A DNA stretch of 64,000 bases from Eledone cirrhosa (taxonomy: Eukaryota). Of the stretch, positions 1 to 10,500 are shown one piece after another. The translations under genes and the position numbers were made by a program. The notes below the pieces were generated by a model. It was not told the DNA's origin. It ran no database searches and was given only the letters and a program-made list of their open reading frames with translations. How positions within the stretch are numbered: position 1 is the first letter of the stretch; every line of letters begins with the position of its first letter. The stretch spans positions 1 to 64,000 of the forward strand of contig CAXHJY010001758.1 in NCBI GenBank assembly GCA_964016885.1. The letters are read 5' to 3'.

Positions 1-147
1 CACGGTTTGGTTCCACAGCCACAACTATTGAATTTACGGAGATATCTTGCTGAAATTCACGCCACACATAGCCAATGAGTGTCTGCACATGTACCAGTAA
101 TTACAGATCGATCCGACCACGGGCGGCCGGCCCGCGATTTTAAAGGT

Positions 148-214
148 AACTCCGCCGGCAAATAGTCATTTTTGGATTCGTTTTCTTCGAAACACACCAT
201 TCGCCGGCGGACTT
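148..214. repeat. Imperfect 19-bp inverted repeat within each 227-bp monomer (first copy shown)
   Basis: The consensus left arm aactccgccggcaaatcgt (148-166; this first copy has a private C>A at 164) matches the reverse complement of accattcgccggcggactt (196-214; aagtccgccggcgaatggt) at 16 of 19 positions. The spacer is 29 bp. Confidence 0.85.
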
Positions 215-895
215 TGTTGACGTTTAACACGGTTTGGTTCCACAGCCACAACTATTGATTTTACGGAGATATCTTGCTGAAATTCACGCCGCACATAGCC
301 AATGAGTGTGTGCACATGTACCAGTAATTACAGATCGATCCGACCACGGGCGGCCGGCCCGCGATTGAAAAGGTAACTCCGCCGGCAAATCGTCATTTTT
401 GGATTCGTTTTCTTCGAAGCACACCATTCGCCTGCGGACTTTGTTGACGTTTAACACGGTTTGGTTCCACAGCCACAACTATTGATTTTACGGAGATATC
501 TTGCTGAAATTCACGCCACACATAGCCAATGAGTGTCTGCACATGTACCAGTAATTACAGATCGATTCGACCACGGGCGGCCGGCCCGCGATTTTAAAGG
601 TAACTCCGCCGGCAAATCGTCATTTTTGGATTCGTTTTCTTCGAAGCACACCATTCGCCGGCGGACTTTGTTGACGTTTAACACGGTTTGGTTCCACAGC
701 CACAACTATTGATTTTACGGAGATATCTTGCTGAAATTCACGCCACACATAGCCAATGAGTGTCTGCACATGTACCAGTAATTACAGATCGATCCGACCA
801 CGGGCGGCCGGCCCGCGATTGAAAAGGTAACTCCGCCGGCAAATCGTCATTTTTGGATTCGTTTTCTTCGAAGCACACCATTCGCCGGCGGACTT

Positions 896-1319
896 CAGCT
901 TTCGCATTTAGCATGGGCAGCTTTTCTTGAAAATCACACCACATACAGCAAATGTGTGTCTGCACATGGACCAGTAATTACAGATCGATCCGACCACAGG
1001 CGGCCGGCCCACGATCGAAAAGGTAACTCCGCCGGCAAATTCGCATTTTTGTGATTCGTTTCTTCGAAGCACACCATTCGATGGTGGACTGCAGCTTCCG
1101 CATTTAGCATGGGCAGCTTTTCTTGAAAATCACACCACACACGACCAATGAGTGTCTGCACATATACCAGTAATTACAGATCGATCCGACCACGGGCGGC
1201 CGGCCCACGATCGAAAAGGTAACTCCGCCGGCAAATTCGCATTTTTGTGATTCGTTTCTTCGAAGCACAGCATTCGCTGGTGGACTTCAGCTTCCGCATT
1301 TAGCATGGGCAGCTTTTCT
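896..1319. repeat. Embedded patch of a 196-bp sister satellite subfamily (three 32-bp modules and two diverged 164-bp cores)
   Basis: The module cagctt(t/c)cgcatttagcatgggcagcttttct occurs at 896-927, 1092-1123 and 1288-1319 (period 196), replacing the 63-bp tgttgacg...atatcttgc segment. The cores at 928-1091 and 1124-1287 align to the 227-bp core at roughly 88-91% by hand comparison. Confidence 0.95.
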
Positions 1320-4300
1320 TGAAATTCACGCCACACATAGCCAATGAGTGTCTGCACATGTACCAGTAATTACAGATCGATTCGACCGCGGGCCGCCGGC
1401 CCGCGATTGAAAAGGTAACTCCGCCGGCAAATCGTCATTTTTGGATTCGTTTTCTTCGAAGTACACCATTCGCCGGCGGACTTTGTTGACGTTTAACACG
1501 GTTTGGTTCCACAGCCACAACTATTGATGTTACGGAGATATCTTGCTGGAATTCACGCCGCACATAGCCAATGAGTGTCTGCACATGTACCAGTAATTAC
1601 AGATCGATCCGACCACGGGCGGCCGGCCCGCGATTTTAAAGGTAACTCCGCCGGCAAATCGTCATTTTTGGATTCGTTTTCTTCGAAGCACACCATTCGC
1701 CGGCGGACTTTGTTGACGTTTAACACGGTTTGGTTCCACAGCCACAACTATTGATTTTACGGAGATATCTTGCTGAAATTCACGCCGCACATAGCCAATG
1801 AGTGTCTGCACATGTACCAGTAATTACAGATCGATCCGACCACGGGCGGCCGGCCCGCGATTGAAAAGGTAACTCCGCCGGCAAATCGTCATTTTTGGAT
1901 TCGTTTTCTTCGAAGCACACCATTCGCCGGCGGACTTTGTTGACGTTTAACACGGTTTGGTTCCACAGCCACAACTATTGAATTTACGGAGATATCTTGC
2001 TGAAATTCACGCCACACATAGCCAATGAGTGTCTGCACATGTACCAGTAATTACAGATCGATCCGACCACGGGCGGCCGACCCGCGATTGAAAAGGTAAC
2101 TCCGCCGGCAAATCGTCATTTTTGGATTCGTTTTCTTCGAAGCACACCATTCGCCGGCGGACTTTGTTGACGTTTAACACGGTTTGGTTCCACAGCCACA
2201 ACTATTGATTTTACGGAGATATCTTGCTGAAATTCACGCCGCACATAGCCAATGAGTGTCTGCACATGTACCAGTAATTACAGATCGATCCGACCACGGG
2301 CGGCCGGCCCGCGATTGAAAAGGTAACTCCGCCGGCAAATCGTCATTTTTGGATTCGTTTTCTTCGAAGCACACCATTCGCCGGCGGACTTTGTTGACGT
2401 TTAACACGGTTTGGTTCCACAGCCACAACTATTGAATTTACGGAGATATCTTGCTGAAATTCACGCCACACATAGCCAATGAGTGTCTGCACATGTACCA
2501 GTAATTACAGATCGATCCGACCACGGGCGGCCGGCCCGCGATTGAAAAGGTAACTCCGCCGGCAAATCGTCATTTTTGGATTCGTTTTCTTCGAAGCACA
2601 CCATTCGCCGGCGGACTTTGTTGACGTTTAACACGGTTTGGTTCCACAGCCACAACTATTTATGTTACGGAGATATCTTGCTGGAATTCACGCCGCACAT
2701 AGCCAATGAGTGTCTGCACATGTACCAGTAATTACAGATCGATCCGACCACGGGCGGCCGGCCCGCGATTTTAAAGGTAACTCCGCCGGCAAATCGTCAT
2801 TTTTGGATTCGTTTTCTTCGAAGCACACCATTCGCCGGCGGACTTTGTTGACGTTTAACACGGTTTGGTTCCACAGCCACAACTATTGATTTTACGGAGA
2901 TATCTTGCTGAAATTCACGCCGCACATAGCCAATGAGGGTCTGCACATGTACCAGTAATTACAGATCGATCCGACCACGGGCGGCCGGCCCGCGATTGAA
3001 AAGGTAACTCCGCCGGCAAATCGTCATTTTTGGATTCGTTTTCTTCGAAGCACACCATTCGCCGGCGGACTTTGTTGACGTTTAACACGGTTTGGTTCCA
3101 CAGCCACAACTATTGAATTTACGGAGATATCTTGCTGAAATTCACGCCACACATAGCCAATGAGTGTCTGCACATGTACCAGTAATTACAGATCGATCCG
3201 ACCACGGGCGGCCGGCCCGCGATTGAAAAGGTAACTCCGCCGGCAAATCGTCATTTTTGGATTCGTTTTCTTCGAAACACACCATTCGCCGGCGGACTTT
3301 GTTGACGTTTAACACGGTTTGGTTCCACAGCCACAACTATTGATGTTACGGAGATATCTTGCTGGAATTCACGCCGCACATAGCCAATGAGTGTCTGCAC
3401 ATGTACCAGTAATTACAGATCGATCCGACCACGGGCGGCCGGCCCGCGATTGAAAAGGTAACTCCGCCGGCAAATCGTCATTTTTGGATTCGTTTTCTTC
3501 GAAGCACACCATTCGCCGGCGGACTTTGTTGACGTTTAACACGGTTTGGTTCCACAGCCACAACTATTGAATTTACGGAGATATCTTGCTGAAATTCACG
3601 CCACACATAGCCAATGAGTGTCTGCACATGTACCAGTAATTACAGATCGATCCGACCACGGGCGGCCGGCCCGCGATTGAAAAGGTAACTCCGCCGGCAA
3701 ATCGTCATTTTTGGATTCGTTTTCTTCGAAGCACACCATTCGCCGGCGGACTTTGTTGACGTTTAACACGGTTTGGTTCCACAGCCACAACTATTGATGT
3801 TACGGAGATATCTTGCTGGAATTCACGCCGCACATAGCCAATGAGTGTCTGCACATGTACCAGTAATTACAGATCGATCCGACCACGGGCGGCCGGCCCG
3901 CGATTTTAAAGGTAACTCCGCCGGCAAATCGTCATTTTTGGATTCGTTTTCTTCGAAGCACACCATTCGCCGGCGGACTTTGTTGACGTTTAACACGGTT
4001 TGGTTCCACAGCCACAACTATTGATTTTACGGAGATATCTTGCTGAAATTCACGCCGCACATAGCCAATGAGTGTCTGCACATGTACCAGTAATTACAGA
4101 TCGATCCGACCACGGGCGGCCGGCCCGCGATTGAAAAGGTATCTCCGCCGGCAAATCGTCATTTTTGGATTCGTTTTCTTCGAAGCACACCATTCGCCGG
4201 CGGACTTTGTTGACGTTTAACACGGTTTGGTTCCACAGCCACAACTATTGAATTTACGGAGATATCTTGCTGAAATTCACGCCACACATAGCCAATGAGT

Positions 4301-4503
4301 GTCTGCACATGTACCAGTAATTACAGATCGATCCGACCACGGGCGGCCGGCCCGCGATTGAAAAGGTAACTCCGCCGGCAAATCGTCATTTTTGGATTCG
4401 TTTTCTTCGAAACACACCATTCGCCGGCGGACTTTGTTGACGTTTAACACGGTTTGGTTCCACAGCCACAACTATTGATGTTACGGAGATATCTTGCTGG
4501 AAT

Positions 4504-7500
4504 TCACGCCGCACATAGCCAATGAGTGTCTACACATGTACCAGTAATTACAGATCGATCCGACCACGGGCGGCCGGCCCGCGATTTTAAAGGTAACTCC
4601 GCCGGCAAATCGTCATTTTTGGATTCGTTTTCTTCGAAGCACACCATTCGCCGGCGGACTTTGTTGACGTTTAACACGGTTTGGTTCCACAGCCACAACT
4701 ATTGATTTTACGGAGATATCTTGCTGAAATTCACGCCGCACATAGCCAATGAGTGTCTGCACATGTACCAGTAATTACAGATCGATCCGACCACGGGCGG
4801 CCGGCCCGCGATTGAAAAGGTAACTCCGCCGGCAAATCGTCATTTTTGGATTCGTTTTCTTCGAAGCACACCATTCGCCGGCGGACTTTGTTGACGTTTA
4901 ACACGGTTTGGTTCCACAGCCACAACTATTGATTTTACGGAGATATCTTGCTGAAATTCACGCCACACATAGCCAATGAGTGTCTGCACATGTACCAGTA
5001 ATTACAGATCGATCCGACCACGGGCGGCCGGCCCGCGATTGAAAAGGTAACTCCGCCGGCAAATCGTCATTTTTGGATTCGTTTTCTTCGAAGCACACCA
5101 TTCGCCGGCGGACTTTGTTGACGTTTAACACGGTTTGGTTCCACAGCCACAACTATTGAATTTACGGAGATATCTTGCTGAAATTCACGCCACACATAGC
5201 CAATGAGTGTCTGCACATGTACCAGTAATTACAGATCGATCCGACCACGGGCGGCCGGCCCGCGATTGAAAAGGTAACTCCGCCAGCAAATCGTCATTTT
5301 TGGATTCGTTTTCTTCGAAACACACCATTCGCCGGCGGACTTTGTTGACGTTTAACACGGTTTGGTTCCACAGCCACAACTATTGATGTTACGGAGATAT
5401 CTTGCTGGAATTCACGCCGCACATAGCCAATGAGTGTCTACACATGTACCAGTAATTACAGATCGATCCGACCACGGGCGGCCGGCCCGCGATTTTAAAG
5501 GTAACTCCGCCGGCAAATCGTCATTTTTGGATTCGTTTTCTTCGAAGCACACCATTCGCCGGCGGACTTTGTTGACGTTTAACACGGTTTGGTTCCACAG
5601 CCACAACTATTGATTTTACGGAGATATCTTGCTGAAATTCACGCCGCACATAGCCAATGAGTGTCTGCACATGTACCAGTAATTACAGATCGATCCGACC
5701 ACGGGCGGCCGGCCCGCGATTGAAAAGGTAACTCCGCCGGCAAATCGTCATTTTTGGATTCGTTTTCTTCGAAGCACACCATTCGCCGGCGGACTTTGTT
5801 GACGTTTAACACGGTTTGGTTCCACAGCCACAACTATTGAATTTACGGAGATATCTTGCTGAAATTCACGCCACACATAGCCAATGAGTGTCTGCACATG
5901 TACCAGTAATTACAGATCGATCCGACCACGGGCGGCCGGCCCGCGATTGAAAAGGTAACTCCGCCGGCAAATCGTCATTTTTGGATTCGTTTTCTTCGAA
6001 GCACACCATTCGCCGGCGGACTTTGTTGACGTTTAACACGGTTTGGTTCCACAGCCACAACTATTGATTTTACGGAGATATCTTGCTGAAATTCACGCCA
6101 CACATAGCCAATGAGTGTCTGCACATGTACCAGTAATTACAGATCGATCCGACCACGGGCGGCCGGCCCGCGATTGAAAAGGTAACTCCGCCGGCAAATC
6201 GTCATTTTTGGATTCGTTTTCTTCGAAGCACACCATTCGCCGGCGGACTTTGTTGACGTTTAACACGGTTTGGTTCCACAGCCACAACTATTGATTTTAC
6301 GGAGATATCTTGCTGAAATTCACGCCGCACATAGCCAATGAGTGTCTGCACATGTACCAGTAATTACAGATCGATCCGACCACGGGCGGCCGGCCCGCGA
6401 TTGAAAAGGTAACTCCGCCGGCAAATCGTCATTTTTGGATTCGTTTTCTTCGAAGCACACCATTCGCCGGCGGACTTTGTTGACGTTTAACACGGTTTGG
6501 TTCCACAGCCACAACTATTGAATTTACGGAGATATCTTGCTGAAATTCACGCCACACATAGCCAATGAGTGTCTGCACATGTACCAGTAATTACAGATCG
6601 ATCCGACCACGGGCGGCCGGCCCGCGATTGAAAAGGTAACTCCGCCGGCAAATCGTCATTTTTGGATTCGTTTTCTTCGAAGCACACCATTCGCCGGCGG
6701 ACTTTGTTGACGTTTAACACGGTTTGGTTCCACAGCCACAACTATTGAATTTACGGAGATATCTTGCTGAAATTCACGCCACACATAGCCAATGAGTGTC
6801 TGCACATGTACCAGTAATTACAGATCGATCCGACCACGGGCGGCCGGCCCGCGATTGAAAAGGTAACTCCGCCGGCAAATCGTCATTTTTGGATTCGTTT
6901 TCTTCGAAACACACCATTCGCCGGCGGACTTTGTTGACGTTTAACACGGTTTGGTTCCACAGCCACAACTATTGATGTTACGGAGATATCTTGCTGGAAT
7001 TCACGCCGCACATAGCCAATGAGTGTCTACACATGTACCAGTAATTACAGATCGATCCGACCACGGGCGGCCGGCCCGCGATTTTAAAGGTAACTCCGCC
7101 GGCAAATCGTCATTTTTGGATTCGTTTTCTTCGAAGCACACCATTCGCCGGCGGACTTTGTTGACGTTTAACACGGTTTGGTTCCACAGCCACAACTATT
7201 GATTTTACGGAGATATCTTGCTGAAATTCACGCCGCACATAGCCAATGAGTGTCTGCACATGTACCAGTAATTACAGATCGATCCGACCACGGGCGGCCG
7301 GCCCGCGATTGAAAAGGTAACTCCGCCGGCAAATCGTCATTTTTGGATTCGTTTTCTTCGAAGCACACCATTCGCCGGCGGACTTTGTTGACGTTTAACA
7401 CGGTTTGGTTCCACAGCCACAACTATTGAATTTACGGAGATATCTTGCTGAAATTCACGCCACACATAGCCAATGAGTGTCTGCACATGTACCAGTAATT

Positions 7501-10500
7501 ACAGATCGATCCGACCACGGGCGGCCGGCCCGCGATTGAAAAGGTAACTCCGCCGGCAAATCGTCATTTTTGGATTCGTTTTCTTCGAAGCACACCATTC
7601 GCCGGCGGACTTTGTTGACGTTTAACACGGTTTGGTTCCACAGCCACAACTATTGATTTTACGGAGATATCTTGCTGAAATTCACGCCACACATAGCCAA
7701 TGAGTGTCTGCACATGTACCAGTAATTACAGATCGATCCGACCACGGGCGGCCGGCCCGCGATTGAAAAGGTAACTCCGCCGGCAAATCGTCATTTTTGG
7801 ATTCGTTTTCTTCGAAGCACACCATTCGCCGGCGGACTTTGTTGACGTTTAACACGGTTTGGTTCCACAGCCACAACTATTGATTTTACGGAGATATCTT
7901 GCTGAAATTCACGCCGCACATAGCCAATGAGTGTCTGCACATGTACCAGTAATTACAGATCGATCCGACCACGGGCGGCCGGCCCGCGATTGAAAAGGTA
8001 ACTCCGCCGGCAAATCGTCATTTTTGGATTCGTTTTCTTCGAAGCACACCATTCGCCGGCGGACTTTGTTGACGTTTAACACGGTTTGGTTCCACAGCCA
8101 CAACTATTGAATTTACGGAGATATCTTGCTGAAATTCACGCCACACATAGCCAATGAGTGTCTGCACATGTACCAGTAATTACAGATCGATCCGACCACG
8201 GGCGGCCGGCCCGCGATTGAAAAGGTAACTCCGCCGGCAAATCGTCATTTTTGGATTCGTTTTCTTCGAAGCACACCATTCGCCGGCGGACTTTGTTGAC
8301 GTTTAACACGGTTTGGTTCCACAGCCACAACTATTGAATTTACGGAGATATCTTGCTGAAATTCACGCCACACATAGCCAATGAGTGTCTGCACATGTAC
8401 CAGTAATTACAGATCGATCCGACCACGGGCGGCCGGCCCGCGATTGAAAAGGTAACTCCGCCGGCAAATCGTCATTTTTGGATTCGTTTTCTTCGAAACA
8501 CACCATTCGCCGGCGGACTTTGTTGACGTTTAACACGGTTTGGTTCCACAGCCACAACTATTGATGTTACGGAGATATCTTGCTGGAATTCACGCCGCAC
8601 ATAGCCAATGAGTGTCTACACATGTACCAGTAATTACAGATCGATCCGACCACGGGCGGCCGGCCCGCGATTTTAAAGGTAACTCCGCCGGCAAATCGTC
8701 ATTTTTGGATTCGTTTTCTTCGAAGCACACCATTCGCCGGCGGACTTTGTTGACGTTTAACACGGTTTGGTTCCACAGCCACAACTATTGATTTTACGGA
8801 GATATCTTGCTGAAATTCACGCCGCACATAGCCAATGAGTGTCTGCACATGTACCAGTAATTACAGATCGATCCGACCACGGGCGGCCGGCCCGCGATTG
8901 AAAAGGTAACTCCGCCGGCAAATCGTCATTTTTGGATTCGTTTTCTTCGAAGCACACCATTCGCCGGCGGACTTTGTTGACGTTTAACACGGTTTGGTTC
9001 CACAGCCACAACTATTGAATTTACGGAGATATCTTGCTGAAATTCACGCCACACATAGCCAATGAGTGTCTGCACATGTACCAGTAATTACAGATCGATC
9101 CGACCACGGGCGGCCGGCCCGCGATTGAAAAGGTAACTCCGCCGGCAAATCGTCATTTTTGGATTCGTTTTCTTCGAAGCACACCATTCGCCGGCGGACT
9201 TTGTTGACGTTTAACACGGTTTGGTTCCACAGCCACAACTATTGATTTTACGGAGATATCTTGCTGAAATTCACGCCACACATAGCCAATGAGTGTCTGC
9301 ACATGTACCAGTAATTACAGATCGATCCGACCACGGGCGGCCGGCCCGCGATTGAAAAGGTAACTCCGCCGGCAAATCGTCATTTTTGGATTCGTTTTCT
9401 TCGAAGCACACCATTCGCCGGCGGACTTTGTTGACGTTTAACACGGTTTGGTTCCACAGCCACAACTATTGAATTTACGGAGATATCTTGCTGAAATTCA
9501 CGCCACACATAGCCAATGAGTGTCTGCACATGTACCAGTAATTACAGATCGATCCGACCACGGGCGGCCGGCCCGCGATTGAAAAGGTAACTCCGCCGGC
9601 AAATCGTCATTTTTGGATTCGTTTTCTTCGAAACACACCATTCGCCGGCGGACTTTGTTGACGTTTAACACGGTTTGGTTCCACAGCCACAACTATTGAT
9701 GTTACGGAGATATCTTGCTGGAATTCACGCCGCACATAGCCAATGAGTGTCTACACATGTACCAGTAATTACAGATCGATCCGACCACGGGCGGCCGGCC
9801 CGCGATTTTAAAGGTAACTCCGCCGGCAAATCGTCATTTTTGGATTCGTTTTCTTCGAAGCACACCATTCGCCGGCGGACTTTGTTGACGTTTAACACGG
9901 TTTGGTTCCACAGCCACAACTATTGATTTTACGGAGATATCTTGCTGAAATTCACGCCGCACATAGCCAATGAGTGTCTGCACATGTACCAGTAATTACA
10001 GATCGATCCGACCACGGGCGGCCGGCCCGCGATTGAAAAGGTAACTCCGCCGGCAAATCGTCATTTTTGGATTCGTTTTCTTCGAAGCACACCATTCGCC
10101 GGCGGACTTTGTTGACGTTTAACACGGTTTGGTTCCACAGCCACAACTATTGAATTTACGGAGATATCTTGCTGAAATTCACGCCACACATAGCCAATGA
10201 GTGTCTGCACATGTACCAGTAATTACAGATCGATCCGACCACGGGCGGCCGGCCCGCGATTGAAAAGGTAACTCCGCCGGCAAATCGTCATTTTTGGATT
10301 CGTTTTCTTCGAAGCACACCATTCGCCGGCGGACTTTGTTGACGTTTAACAGGGTTTGGTTCCACAGCCACAACTATTGATTTTACGGAGATATCTTGCT
10401 GAAATTCACGCCACACATAGCCAATGAGTGTCTGCACATGTACCAGTAATTACAGATCGATCCGACCACGGGCGGCCGGCCCGCGATTGAAAAGGTAACT

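Noticed and set aside
57-283. 5S rRNA, tRNA, snRNA or spliced-leader gene tandem array
   Set aside because: I see no recognisable 5S, snRNA or SL sequence, and no cloverleaf can be built because the T-stem is missing. Only isolated A/B-box-like motifs remain, reported as a tentative finding.
403-419. CENP-B box-like attcgttttcttcgaag
   Set aside because: It matches only 6 of the 9 essential positions of TTCGNNNNANNCGGG, lacking the A and the last two G.
896-1319. Transposon or MITE insertion
   Set aside because: There are no terminal inverted repeats or target-site duplication; the patch is homologous satellite core in register with the array.
738-1357. 75-aa ORFs in the 196-bp units
   Set aside because: They are the same chance frame extended through the 32-bp module, start at GTG and overlap one another; there is no coding evidence.
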